Below, in pieces: positions 47,032-61,040 of a stretch of 64,000 nt of DNA (position 1 is the stretch's first letter; each line of letters starts with the position of its first letter). The notes under the pieces are model-generated. The model made no database searches and had not been told where the DNA came from. It saw only the letters and a program-made list of their open reading frames with translations. This stretch comes from Ramazzottius varieornatus (taxonomy: Eukaryota > Animalia > Tardigrada): positions 6,376,448 to 6,440,447 of the forward strand of contig BDGG01000002.1 in assembly GCA_001949185.1 (NCBI GenBank), given 5' to 3'. A program made the translations under genes and the position numbers.

Positions 47032-49888
47032 ATGGAGTTTTCAAATCAGTTGTACGATGCGCAGCTTCGGAACGCTAACACGGTGTGCATCAACAGTGTG
47101 CGCAAGGAAGCTTGGGTTGGCTGCAAAGATGGCTCCATACGAGGTTACGACTTGAACCGTAACATCTTGAAGTTCCGCTCGCGAGAGCACTCAGGGCTCG
47201 TGGTCCGAATCTTATGCTGGCATTCGCAGCGAATGATGATTAGCGTTGCGATTGATGGCGCCATTATTTTTTGGAGCTCTGGTGCACTGGCCACAGATAA
47301 GATTTACCTCGGTGAGTCCGCAAAGGCTCTGATGGGGGTAAGTCCATAATCTACACAAGTTTGCTTGTCATTACTACGAGTCTAGTAACTGTTGACTTCC
47401 GGGTTAGCTTGACGATGACGACTTTTTCAGGCGAGCCAATATTTGACGCTGTCATCTACAGTAAGAAAAAGCTGGTCGTTGCATCTAAAGCCGGATGCAA
47501 GTTCTTTCCTCTGGATTCTCACAAGCTGACCGGACACTTTATCTTGACGGACCGCGTCCATACAGTATGTCCTCATCGAGACTTCATACGCTCTTTAGCA
47601 TCGCAAGATAACCGTGTTTACTCTGGTAAGAAGTAATCACCGGTCTGTGGCGTAACGTACGTAGCGAGTGATAATTTATGCAGTTACTTCCGACAGGTGG
47701 AATGGATGGGACTTTCGTCATATACGAGCTCCTCATGCACCACAGTACGGAGCTGACTCCTGTTCATATAATCAGGAAAGCTCACGCAGCCGGGATCCTC
47801 TGTATCGAAGTCTGCAAACATGCCGAGAGCGAGGAGGCGACTTTTATAGCCACCGGGTCCTACGACAGGCATGTGAAGATCTGGTCCGTTGATGGCCAGC
47901 TATACCACGCCGTCAGCGGCTTCGACAACTCCATCACTGGTATGTGCTACATTCGTCTGACACAACAGCTGTGGATTGCGTCGAGTGCCGGACAGATAAC
48001 TATCGTGGACCCACGCACTGGCGAAAATGTTAGCGAGTGGACAGAGGCCAGTCAGAAGCACGCGCAGGAATACCGAAGGGCGAAGCGTCGGTATCTTATT
48101 TGCTACATGTCGTATTCGAAAGAACTGGAAGTCCTCGTGGCACAGACAGACATACATCATCTGCTGCACTGGTTTTATAACCCATTGGGATGTTCTATCA
48201 GTATACCGAGCCTGTTGCCGATGGAAAGCCTGGCGGTTACGGACAAGGAACCGGTGTTGCTCTTCACCGGCGACAGTAAACGCCATGTAAGTAATCCTGA
48301 CCTACTCGTGATATTGATAATAATAGAGGAAAATCTACTTACGCTACTCCTTTGAATTCTTAGGTGGTAAAATGGGAGAAAGCAGGTCTCAACACGGTAA
48401 AGTTCGATAGCGACAAGCTGGTTATGCAGAGGAAGCTTAAAGATGCGCCGGTGGAATGGCAGAATATTGACGAACCAAAAGAAATCACCGACCAACACGT
48501 CGCAACTTTGCGGCAACAAACGCCCTCTACTTACCTCTCACCAAAATTTTTCTCGGGCAGGCAGACAGACGAGCACGACGCAGTAACCACAGTAAATCTG
48601 AAAAGTCCGCCGCAAAAGATGCTGTGGATAGAAAACATAGACCTTCTGATTGTGTGTGATGAGCGCGGTGTCATTTACGCGTGGGGCTACGAAGATGTGG
48701 AGGCACATCCGGAAGACTTTGCAAAGCACTACGCGGAATCGGCGAAAAGTGATAGTAATATCTTGCAGAATATCCGAGCCGCTACAAAACCACTCTCGGT
48801 GAAGGAGCCCGGTAGGTAAAAGAGCCGTATGTAGATCGCAGTTTTGTTAATTGATTAGTTGATCATACTTGTTGTCCAGGGGGGAAAGCCGTACGGAAAC
48901 GCTCCATCAAGCCCCCCAAGCCCGCCGAAACGGTAGCTGATTCCGATACGGTTGACTCTTCGAGGTCCCGATCGACGTTGCTGCCGCGGTCCACCGTCGA
49001 TTCTTCCAACGTCGATATGGATATCAGGGTACACTCAGCCATGACGGACTGGCAGACCTACAAGCACTACCTCAACCGAGCTTCCGGGTTCTTTTGCCGG
49101 TTCGTTCTGTGGGGCCATGACGTCTGCGTGTCTGGGTTGGACTACGTGTACGACGCGCAGGCTGACCAGCATATTCTCATCAGCGCTTCGTGGGACAGAC
49201 GGATCATTACATGGGACCTGATGGCCGGACAGATCATCGACGTGTGCAAAAGGGACAAAACGGAAGCTAAAGTGTTCGAGGAAAAGGAAACCCCTGGCGA
49301 ATACGAACTGGTATCCGAAGGACAGATTACCGACATCGCTTTCAGCGCTAAACGCAATGAGATTGCTTACTGCAGTAGGGACGCCCACTTGTATGTTCGA
49401 AAGTTCTCTACGAATGGAAGGAGGATGAAGCTCGTGAGGAAGTGGCACTCGCACAATGGAGAAGTGTTACAGGTATGAAATGGCCTACTGTTAGGTAATA
49501 TGGCATGACGTAATGTAAATCGTAATAGGTTCGCTGGATGGACTTTCGAGAAGCGTGGCTGACTTCCGGTCAAGACGGTACCATTCGCATTTGGTCCGCC
49601 GAAGACCTCGGCACCAGACTAGCTGTCATTGAATGCACACAACCCATACAGTACTTAACGATTGACCGCGACTATGGCTGGATACTCGTTGCAGCCGGAA
49701 GCGAACTTCAAATCTATGATCCGGAGACCACACAGATGATAAGAAAACATACGGGACACCAGCAACTCATAACTGGCATATTCCACTCGCACCATCTGTA
49801 CAGAGATGCCCATTACATCACAACTAGTTACGACGGATTCATCAAAACTTGGAAAGCATGCACTAGAAGTTCGTCTCTCCCGAGTTAA
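47032..49888 (+). CDS. Multi-WD40-repeat protein (ortholog not recognised), ~6 exons
   Basis: Repeated WD motifs: ISVAIDGAIIFW, IATGSYDRHVKIW, GH...ISASWDRRIITWD, LTSGQDGTIRIW, GH...ITTSYDGFIKTWK. The start codon is uncertain. Confidence 0.85.
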
Positions 49889-50006
49889 GTCTTATTACGA
49901 CCATGGTATTCTTTATGTACTCGACCATTGTCACTTGAGCCTCCGTTGTGCAGACTTCCGACTTTCGGAAGTCATTTCTAAAATCTAATGACACTGTTTC
50001 CGAACG

Positions 50007-52691
50007 TCACGATCTTAGAATGTTCTTGAACTGGTCCAACTTACCGGTACCGTTTTCCAAGAGACCCAACGGTGTCAGCCGGTCAAGTATCTGCTCCACC
50101 GTTTCGTCTTGGAACAGCTCGGTTCGTAGAGCTGCAGCACTCTGTAAAAGACCGAAAATTGGGTACTACGAGTTTTTCATGACTTACGTAAATAACGCAC
50201 CGAAGGCCTCAAGCTCTTATCCAACCGACTTTCGATCTTTTGTACCGAGTAAGTCTGGATAGGTTGTGATACTGTAGCGTCCAGGTTTGACGGCTTCGAT
50301 CCGGTCAGCGATTTGAGCCGGCCAAGTTTCTCTCTTAACACACCCAGCTCCTTCTTCAATGCAGCGTGCTCTTCGGCCGAAACATTGTTCCTGAAAAAAA
50401 ACCGCTCAGTCCGCTATAATGCGTTTACATATTATAACTAGCTGATACGAGAGACGTCGCACTTGGCAGTGTCCAATAGCTTCGACTTGGCCCGAAGTGC
50501 AGTGATCAGCTCGGAGATTACCGTCTGGGACCTCATCTTCTGCAACGACAATTCGCCTTCGATCGCTCCCAGCTTGTATGCTAGGTCGCGCTCGGCATTA
50601 GTTGCGGTGGACAGTTTATCCTCTTTCTCTTTAATCTGCTCGCCGTATCTTTTGCTTTTTTCCATCCATTCCTTTTGAAGTACTGCGACCTCACTTGTAT
50701 GGGCGGACTTGAGGTTCTCGATCTCTTTCTCGTCCTGAAGCTGGCGCTCTTTCCATCTCGAGATGACGGCTTCGAGAGCGTCTCTTTCAGAATGCAGTAG
50801 CCGGAAGGTCTCCTCCATGCTGTCGATGCGATGGAGAAGGTCCTTGACTTCACCCTGCAGCCGCGTATGCTCCAGCTGAGCTCGCCGGAAGTCAGTCTCC
50901 ATCCGTTGGTAATTGTCTATACGACCTCTGTGAACAACCAAAAACAATAACGTTGAAAGCGGTGCTCAGAAGCACGGAAGTTAGCAAAAATACAAATTTT
51001 GCATTGGCCATGTCGCCCATACCTTAGTTCGTCGGCTTCTTTCTGCAGGCTGACGGTAAACATCTTGGCTTGTTGAAGCTGCTCACCGAGCACTTCTTTT
51101 TCCAAAGAATATTTTAGCTCGACGTCCCTCCTGATGGCTTCTGCATCCGCGACCCTGATGTCCAGTTCGTGCCTGCAACCCAACGGACGTAAGACAGTGA
51201 ATTAACATGGTTCGATTCTGTTCCATTCTTCTTACTTTTTCTGCTCGAGGAGGGCGTAATCAGTCGCATGTTCTTGCTTGATCTGACTGATCTTCATCTG
51301 ATTTTCGTGTTCTTTCGCAGCCAGGGTCTTTCGCTGAAGATTTAGTCCTTCGTTCGCTACCGCCAGTTCAGCCCTTGTTTCTGCAAAGAATCTCCATTTC
51401 ATGTATGTAAAATGCAAAAAAATCACCTTGAAACAGTTGAATACACGTTGTTATCCTGTATGGTCATACTTTCAACTTCAGCGTGCAGCTCGTGAAGCTC
51501 TTTTTGCAGGTTGGTTTTTTCGGTGAGAGCTTTAGTCCGTTCGGCTCCTAACTGAATTTGCTGTTGATGGATTAGACCCTCCATTTCCTCCTGAATAGCT
51601 AACTTTTCATCTTGTACAGTCTGCACCTTTTGATTCAGCTGTCCGTTCTCAGCCATTATGTCAGCCGACTGCTTCCGTAAACTGTCTAATTGCCGTTGGC
51701 TCGTGTCTTTCTCAGCCTGAAAAAACATGACCATCTAGACAGCCATTACATGAAATAACAGAAGATTTGTGACCTTCAAATTGTCCACAAGCATCGTGTT
51801 CTCAGCGATCTTCTTCATTTGAGTCTTCTGGCGGAGATGAACCTCTTCTTCGCGCTTCGCATACTCAGTACGAAGTCTCTCGAGCTCCGACTGAAGAGCT
51901 TTGAGTTGCAAATCGAGCAGGTCGTTGTCCCGTTGTAGTTGCCGATAGCGTGTCATGTCTACCGCAGGAACTTTCACAATCTCAGCTTCCTTCTCGCGTT
52001 TCAGATCATTAATCTTGCGTTCGTATTTCGCCACAAGATCGTTCTTGGTTCGACTGAAGTCAGAGTCTCGTGCTTCCAGGTCGGCTCGTAGCGCGCTGTT
52101 CTCGTAAGTCAGACTGGCGATCTTGGTCCTTAGAGTGGTATTTTCCTCTTGGAAATTTCGGTTCCTCCCATGGAATTCTTTCTCCAGTTCAGTCTGAATG
52201 TTGAGCTTGATGACTTCCTCCCGTTGCGGCGTAAGGGCGTTCGATTTCAGCTCGGAGATCTCGCGGACCTGTTCGACGATCGTCCTCCGCAGTTCCCGAA
52301 TGGTTTCGTCGGACTGTTGCAGCTTCTGCTCGATCTCGACGTAAAATTTCTGCGTTTGGTTCTGGGCCACGCGGAACTCTTCAGTGCATCTGGAAATTAC
52401 AGAAGGAAGATCCACAGAAAGAGTATTCTTATAAGCAGGAAAAGAGGGCGTGACCGCATATTATATAGAAACTCTTGGCGTTCTTCGTCCAAACCTTTCC
52501 ATGAAGCCTTCTCGCCATCTGGTCACCAAAAAAACCAAAATGCTGCCTTACTCTTCATGGATCTTCTTGAGGGTTTCGTACATCCGTTCGGTATCATCCG
52601 CGCGTGCTCGCTCAGCTTCCAGCGTTTTCGCATACTCTTCAAGGGTATTCTGAGGAAGGTCCATCAAGCTGACGTTCTGCAAGCTGGCCAT
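50007..52691 (-). CDS. CEP83: Centrosomal protein of 83 kDa (CCDC41)-like coiled-coil protein
   Basis: AERARADDTERMYETLK and ELKSNALTPQREEVIKLNIQTELEKEF...LTYENSALRADLE match my recollection of CEP83 (ERLRCEHHKANYQTLK; LTPQKLELLRAQIQQELE...LRYEHTFLKSEFE). The last exon (stop at 50007) is inferred. Confidence 0.78.
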
Positions 52692-53246
52692 GCTCTTCGC
52701 CACTTTACCGCATCGAACATTTAGAAACAGTAGTGCTGTCAAATAACATCCAGGCAGGACGAAGAGGCACGATAAACACCATCATCATATCTTCCGGAGG
52801 ATCACCAGATGAACCTGGGAGAAGCGAGCATATCTTTCACAAGACTTTCAGGGTGCATCATCCGAAAGAATGTAATTATTCCTTCGGATCGCATTCCGGG
52901 TCACGATCATCAATCGATAGTGAGACCAAGTCAGAAATAACAGTATTGATTATTAACATACAGGTAGTCCAGAATCTAGAATCCATGATCTCCCAGTGAT
53001 GGATTGTTTATACGGCAGTGCACCTGTTTCAGGCCTACGACTTCCACCCTCTCAAACAGACGATTCGAACTGCAAAGCAACCAAGCGTATTGCACAGTAC
53101 GGCGTACCAAACGAGGTAGCAAGATGTACCAAAGCAAGAAACGCCATGTCCCGGCTTGGTAAGTAGTCATTCGAGCCGAAATCAAGGCATTCATTATCTT
53201 TTCATCAACAGTTTCTTCAACTTCTCGTTCTCGTTTTAAGTTCAAC

Positions 53247-54474
53247 ATGTCGACGGAAGTATCGACAATTGCTCAGCACTACAACCAGCTGGGACAAAGC
53301 GATGTGGAGAAGAGAAAGCAGAGCCCCATCTACTACCTTCGCAGCTTCAACAACTGGACCAAGAGTGTTTTAATCAACGAAGCCTTGGACATCCTCCGGA
53401 AGGACAACCGTGGCCGACGCATTCGTGTGCTGGACTTTTGCTGCGGGAAAGGAGGGGATTTGCAAAAGTGGATCATCGGGAACGTGAACTATGTGGTATT
53501 CGCCGATATCGCTGAAGTGTCCGTCCAGCAAGCCGAAAATCGCTACCGGGATCGCCGTCGAAACAGGCGGATATTCGAGGCGGAATTCATCGTGGCTGAC
53601 TTGTGTCATGATAAGTTATCCCCTAAGCTGAGGAATCCAAGTCAGATGTTCGACCTAGTCAGTTGCCAGTTCTCTTTCCATTATTCCTTCGAAACGTACG
53701 AACGAGCGGAGAGAATGCTCCGCAATGCTTGTGACAGACTCGCTCCTGGTGGACTCTTCATTGGCACTATCCCTGATGCCCACGAAATCATGTAGGTAAG
53801 TCTTATATTAAATTTTATTCGTTAGTATGTCCTATGAAAGTTTATACTGGCTGACAGTTGCTGACTTCAGGAGAAGGTTGCATTCTTCGCCCGCGGAGAC
53901 GTTTGGGAACGACATCTATAGGGTGAAGTTCAACTCCAAGGATCCCGCGCCACTCTTTGGCGCAAAGTACCACTTCTATCTTCAAGAACACGTAGACTGT
54001 CCGGAGTTCCTAGTCTTCTTTCCGGTCCTGATGAAGATGGCCGAAAAGCTTGGCATGACGCTGCTGGTGAGGAGTACCTTCAGCGAATTCTTCGAAGAGC
54101 ATCGCCAGAACCAGAAGTACAAGGAGCTCATGCACCGTATGCAGGCGCTCGAGGTGCGATTGGGGACTCGCAGCAGGTTATAAGGACCACGAAAATAATG
54201 TTGATCCTTGTTGCTGTTTCTTGCTGCAGAAATATAGCCACACACCAGATTCCGAGGAGGAATACTCGCACGCTGAAGCGGAAATCGACAGGCTTGTGCA
54301 GCTGGGCATATCGAACCCTGTGGTCGTAAGTTCCCGCGGTTCTCGAGCCTTTACTTCCTTCATTTGCTTTGTCCGTAATTTACTTCTTGGTCTGTTTTTC
54401 AGGGTACTCTGTCGAAGTCCCAATGGGAAGTGGCTTCCATGTACAGCGTCTTCATCTTCCAGAAAGCAGAATGA
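53247..54474 (+). CDS. RNMT: mRNA cap guanine-N7 methyltransferase, 4 exons
   Basis: IAQHYN...SPIYYLRSFNNWTKSVLI, VLDFCCGKGGDLQKW, FDLVSCQFSFHYSFET, GGLFIGTIPDA, FGAKYHFYL..VDCPEFLV, GTLSKSQWEVASMY..F.FQK. Confidence 0.96.
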
Positions 54475-56024
54475 AGCGCGGTGCAACCTGTCGTCCGACA
54501 CCCAGCTTTACGTTCAAAATTTAACTGGACCGAATTAATCATATAGTGAGACTTTCGTTATCGACAAAGGTTCGCCAAGAGCTGATCTTTGTAAATACAG
54601 TGTAAAGAAAATACCTCGTACCAGAGCTGACAGTGAACTTCCTAGTTTGTACATCCCCACCGTCTTTCTTTTCGAGATTTTTACAAGTCAGACCGAAGAA
54701 GGTTCCTCTTTTCGTTTTACCTTTATGGTGGCTCACCTGACTTCCGTTCGGATTGATTTAGCTTCGCGTTATGTGCGACATTCCAAATTGATTAGACGTA
54801 TCAATTTCCACTTGGGTAAACGTTCATATGTGATCATTTGGAATGGAAAGAACCTTCTGGCACTTTGGGTCTTCAACTGAACTGTTTGTGTAAGATTGTC
54901 AGTGAGAAGTGGCCGCGGCGGCGATGATCTACGGCAAATTACCTCGATAAAATGTCTGAGAAGATAGTTTCAAAGCCAATAAATGAGCAACATCGTTAGC
55001 GTTCCATCATTCGGCAGCGGCGGACACGCCGACCGAGCGCCATAGAAATGTCCAGACGTACGTTTACATCGATTTACTCGTCGCGTTTCAAGGGCTTTCC
55101 CTTGCCTGGTGAAGTCGGCTGTCTCGATTCCCTGAGGGTGGCTTCAAATTCAATTCTACCTGTCCAGAGGTTTAATACTAGCTTGTAAGGTTAGCCACAG
55201 TTTTCACGTCTGGGGAGAGCCCTCTAAAAATCTGACTATTGACACTAAGCCGCTGTAAACGAATGGCCTAGAAATGTCTGATGCCGACTGTGACTGCCTG
55301 CGCACGAGCTCATTTCTACCAGAAGTTCCTCGGGATGCTTTTCCAGCCGATGATGCACTGCAAATCGAGTTAGGAGTGCATTCAGGCGCAAGAATCTACA
55401 CTCTTTTTATGGTATCTAATATTTGCAGAAGGAAGATTCGTTCGATAGTAAAATAATTTAGACCAACTTCCGAAGTGATATCTCGTGGAGTCATAGACCC
55501 CTAAACGGTCTCTGTGCGAAGTCTGCCTGTCGTTCGAGAGGTGTTATCTCCGGCGAAGCCAGGCCATAGACAAAGCAACAGGTGAAAAGCAGGTCACAAA
55601 CATCAGTTATGGTGTCCATCCTCGAAGTTTGTTTGAAGTGGAGGTCATAATGCGGCTGGTTAATGACTGCAGACAAAGTACCGCGCAAGCAGTGAACGCG
55701 CTGAGCGGCCTAAGGAGCAAGAAGCCGGGTAATGCGCTACTGTCTCTTCGACTCGAATGTACACTCGTCTATGCGCATTAACAGCTCAGTGGAATAACTG
55801 ACTGCACCTTTTATAGAGTACAAACAGTCTGAAACAGACCAAGGCTCCTCAATGCAATATCAAAATAACTCTATAAAACTTGCAGTGTGGCTACGGATGG
55901 TCGAGAGAGCTAGTCTAGCGACTAAAGTCTGAGAGGCTACAGCTAACGCAGACGGCAATAGCCAACGAGGGCATGACCTCGTGAAGAGCTGCAGAAGCAT
56001 CAACTTTTATCTATACGAGCGCAT

Positions 56025-59000
56025 TTAACTGTCTGCAGACGGATCCTCTACTTCACCATATGCGCAACACTTTGCAGCCTCTGAAATCTCCACCATGGCG
56101 GCACTTCTGTATACCTTCGTCCGTTGGTGGTCGAACTGGGTGTAGCCACTGCAAAATAAAACATGAGAATAATATGAATATTGAACTTTGTTCAGCACTT
56201 CAAAATGGAACCAAAAAACAATCTCAAACATTTTTGCTCTTTTTGTGAGAGTAAAGTGTGGATTCAGCCTAAGCGAACCTTCATCGTCGTAATTTGGATA
56301 TTCATGGGGGTGTAATCGGATTGTTTTCCTTTCACTAAGACAAAAAGCAAATTAAGATTAGCCAGTCATGTACACAGAGACCAAAAGCCAGTTCGCCATT
56401 GTGTTGCAAGGCTGGAAAAGCCATCCCATGGTTGATCATAATAGTAGAAGCATAATTTATTCGAAAACAGAAACTACTTGATCAGATTTATGAAGTGAGG
56501 AGCAAAAGGCTTAGCGCTGACGACCTGTAATGTGGAAGCGTCAAAATTCGTTCGTCTGGAATAACAAAAGCCCTCCTTTATGAATAGATTTTTCCCCTCT
56601 ATGTAAGACAAGACAACAAGGACATTAGTAACCTTATGTCGTTCAGGTTAAATTTGTGCATAACAAGGTTTCACGCAGACGTACTGTTGTGATGGAGTGA
56701 CAAGCGCGTGTTGTGTTATGGCGCGACTGTGGTGAACTGCGCGAAGCACAAGGCAATCTTGGCATCGAGCCTGCGTATCGCAGCTTCGCGCAACGGGGAA
56801 ATATAATGATTGTGCTTACCTAACATGTCAGCTGACCCAATCAATCCTCCTGACTTTACGACAGTCAGAACAGTTCAGTTCCAGAAAAGCGAAGGAGAAA
56901 GAAAAGAGAGAAGGGGAAGGGCCGACTTACTTGCTCGTCAACAACGAATCCCACTTTCTAGCCGAGATATGACAGAACAGGTTTGGCGAAGCAGGAGACG
57001 CGGGAGGATAGACTCGACAGTCCTGTGATTCAATCGATCCCTGTCAAAGACAAGCGAGAGAATACTGAGCTATGACGCCTATGGATGAAAATGACAAAAT
57101 TTAATGGCCCACCATTACCAAACACACGGCTAAAAGGACCAACCTTGCATATGCACCACCGTGACATTCCTCAGCCATCCGCTGCACAATAGCATCCAGC
57201 CGTCATTGCATCAACATTAGCCTCGATCAAAATCAGCTTTCACAATGATCTCAGAAATTGTTTCTTTCTGTCAGACCACTGCGAAAACTAGTTTTGGTAC
57301 CAGAGTGCCAAGCTATCAGTCTTCCTTGTTATCCAGCCCGAAAAATTCACCCAACCTGAAACAAAATAGAAGCACTGTTATATCCATTCCAGACATTCAA
57401 CCTAAGTAAAATCTATTGTAAGAAAGAGGAAATAATCCGTAAAAATAAAACTAGAACAGTCCAATCTGGTGACTTTGGAGGGTTAATTCAATCTCATGTA
57501 ATAATGTTATTTTGGAAGTTTGGTTTGTATCAGAATAACGTCGTTTGTTCCTACATTCACAGTTTCGATGATTAGTCCGTTATCAAGGCCACAGTGCAGA
57601 TTACACATTTGCGGCAGGGAGTTTCCTGTACACACAGCAAAAAAAACACGCACCATAAAATCTGATAAGACTGTCCCAAAAAAACACTCCGTCCGTTCAG
57701 AGATCAACAAGATATTCCCGTCAACAAGGACAGGCCCGACATCGCATCACAGAGTTCAAGAGAGATTGTGGGGGCATTAGTAAGCCAGGCATAAAATTGG
57801 TAACATTGTCATCAGACAGAGCGATCAAGCTTCGCAGACATCAAAGAGAGTGTAACAACACTGCAATGCAGCCATGCAACAAGTCGAAATAAGCTATATA
57901 ACGTTAACTCTTGTGGCACTACAGCGAGTACAGTACACACAAGAGTTAACAATCGGCCCAATGGTACAGTTACCAATACACATTGCTCTAAAGTAAGTAA
58001 GCAATGTCTGGCTAACTTGGCCATGCTGCTACGGCCCGTCCAACACTTCTCATCTTGCTTCACCACTTTCACGTTTACTGTTCGGAGCAGCGTATAAACC
58101 TACAGTCGCTTCGGCCATGCGGTGGAGAGAACGAGCATGCCTCCAAGTGCCGTCATTCTGGTCGCAACGTTAGTTAACAGCTCTAGAATCTATCTATCTC
58201 GATATGTGGTGGTTGGCATTGGTTGCACTGCATACTGGCCTGTATATCGAACGAACTCTACAGCACTCACCATCTATCTCTCGAGACAGGCATGATACGT
58301 CCGATGCCACTGATATATCATAGGCATTTCGCTTAACTCGCGCAGTGGTGCGCATATGTAGAGCAAGGCAATAAATAAGATAGAGACAGCACCGGAGATC
58401 CGGTGGCTATAAAATTCAAGGCACTGTAGCGCATCGCCGCATTACAGTACACTACACAAGGCAGACAGACACATTCACCCACCAACCTTAGTATGTGTGT
58501 AGAGAAACGGATCCGGCCTTGCCTCGCTTGGTCTACCGTCCTTCTTCACGATCTCGATGCTGCTTGAAGGATCCACGCGAAACAAGCCAGAGATCTGCAA
58601 AGAGAGACAGCAGACATTACGGCCTAGATCGCTCGTTATAGACATTCTCCACGTCTGTATGAACACACCAGAGAAGAACGTTCCATGTTTCTTACCGATC
58701 AACCCACTGAACAATAATTATCTGTTGACGCATTCACGACCTCATTTCCCATCCGCAAATACGCCGCGACTCTCTTCACCCATCCATCAAGTCACAGAGA
58801 AAATGTCGGGATACATTTCTTTTCGGGCAGTGAACACAGCTCGCTGATGGTACAAGTCACCCGGGCTATATTTATACCAACACAAGGCAAAGCATCTAAG
58901 CAATAAACTTGTGTCGTCTTCCATATCTCACATCCCCCATCACACACACTACATGTTGCGTCTTCCTCCCAGCTGCTCATCATAACACACAAAACTGACT

Positions 59001-59495
59001 CACCGTACAAACCTCCCACCAGATGATTTCTTGGGACAATCGTCCCAATCGTTTCTCGCAACACATTCCCGCGCCACTGCAAATATTCCCTCCTGGGCAG
59101 TGATTCATCTCTGTGAGTTGAAAAATAACCACATATCGTGTACATAACTTAACTTCCAGATGACACAGACACGCCATAAAAGTGTTCAACAGTAGCACCA
59201 ATGGTAGTGACATCCGTCCGGCTGAAAAAACTCACAGACAACTTTGATAACGATGATGGACAAAAACGTTTGACATACCACATCTTTTTCTTCCATGACC
59301 ACCAGCCATCTCTCAACTCCAAGCGAAGAAACCCTATGAAAATGCGGCAACAGCAGAGCGAGAAACCAAGGCAGTCTTTGAACTGTCTTTCACACTACAC
59401 AGTACAACATCCGGCCAATTTCCTGTTTCTGAATACGGAAGAACGAGATCCACTTACCAGAACCGTGACTCGAACTGATCCGAAGGGAAGCCCAT
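56025..59495 (-). CDS. Candidate small orphan gene (~144 aa) or spliced lncRNA
   Basis: Five exon-like segments bounded by AG/GT splice together in one frame; no recognisable domain. Confidence 0.3.
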
Positions 59496-61040
59496 TCCAT
59501 CGATTCGACCGATATCCTGTAAACAGAATCAAAAGCAACAGGTTAGATCGGCGGCCGCGAAGCCAGGAAGAATAAGCCAGATTGTGGATAAGCTACAGCC
59601 CGATAATCCAAATCCAGGACTCCATAGGCACCCCGACCGACCGACCGAAGCATCATCGTTGATAACACAAGAGTGATCGCCTCTGAAATCTCCCCTCTGC
59701 CCAACTGAACTACATTCCAGCTGAATCAACGCTGATAACGCTGCTGCCAGCTACTCACCGCCGGAAAAAAGTCCAGCTATTTCGGCGGCTCGTCAGTAGC
59801 GTCAGGCGAGCGCTAGGTGCGGCACTGGCCAGCATCGCCACGGGATCAAACATCAAAGTTTGCAGGTCATGCGGTTCCGGACAGCAGCAAAGGTCTTGAT
59901 ATGTCGACCGTGAGAACCCTGTCGCGCCCAATTACTCACCGAACAAACAAACATGCGTTTAGTAGGGAAGCCGTAGCCGCGGTTACAAATCGTCATAGGG
60001 GACGTTGGTACACAGGATGCTACACTCAGAATATCTATCGTTCGCATCTTGATTGCATTGCCCATCAATCTCCTGCCCCTGACGTGATTGCCTGTACCTC
60101 CTAGAAGAAGCGATTAAGGCATCCATGACCACTTTGAAGTTAAGAGCATACTCCAAACTGCGTAAAGTCAGCCATTGACTTACAGACTGACCCATCTATC
60201 GAATCATCCACATTCCAATCGCGGCCATTGAAAAAGCTCCGCGGCCAGACAGCCCTCGGGCCAAACTCCCGTAAACTGATCACTCTAAGGTTATTACCAT
60301 CCACACAGAGCACCGAACCGAAACCAAAGAACGAGAACAAAGTCGGCAAAACCTTAAAAAGCAGAGAATTTTGCGCTGTCGAGCTGCTAAACCGAGCAGC
60401 CCAGTGTTGATTGTCAATCAACCCAGCAATACTCGGTTTAGTAGCTCATCAGTGAAAATTTGAGAATCATCCTGATGACGCAATTTTCATCCCAGAGTTT
60501 GCCATTCCCCGGCCGATTAAATCAAATTGAAAAACTAAAATCAGCCTACGGATGGGCCCTACCCAGGCAAATCAAGTGATTACCGCACACGCTCAGAGGA
60601 CAATCAAATCATTTGCGCCGAAAGTTCATTTAATAATATTTTGATTTGAAATCTACGGTATAAAATTATTTAATTGGATCAACAAAAGTAGACCTCACCA
60701 GAGTCCAGCAGTTGCGTGCGTCCATCTTGGAATTCTCAAGGGATCCTGTTTCTTGATTCCAGCAGAAAGCGGATCGCGATTTCAGGCTTACTTCTCCCAT
60801 CACAAAGTAGCTGTTGGTGGCGATAAGACGAATAACAGAGCGCAAAGGGGGATATCCAGCTGCCAAATCCTTCTCAAATCTTGAATTTAAATTACAAGCA
60901 ACATTCCAACAGACTGAATGACTGAGGCATTTTCTCTGCCGAAAAATAATAATTTGACTTGAAGCAGCGGGGCGAGGCTGTGCTAGCGAGGCGGACCTTG
61001 ACCTTGTGATTGGCCCAACTAAGACCTTAGACCGCCTTTC

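Noticed and set aside
53793-53795. Apparent premature stop in RNMT
   Set aside because: The TAG lies in the intron: donor AT|gtaggt splices to ag|G and restores the frame (IMRRLH).
56738-56792. Small hairpin tgcgcgaagc...gcttcgcgca, and similar ones near 55730 and 59750
   Set aside because: Stems of about 10 bp or less, single copy, no tRNA/snoRNA hallmarks.
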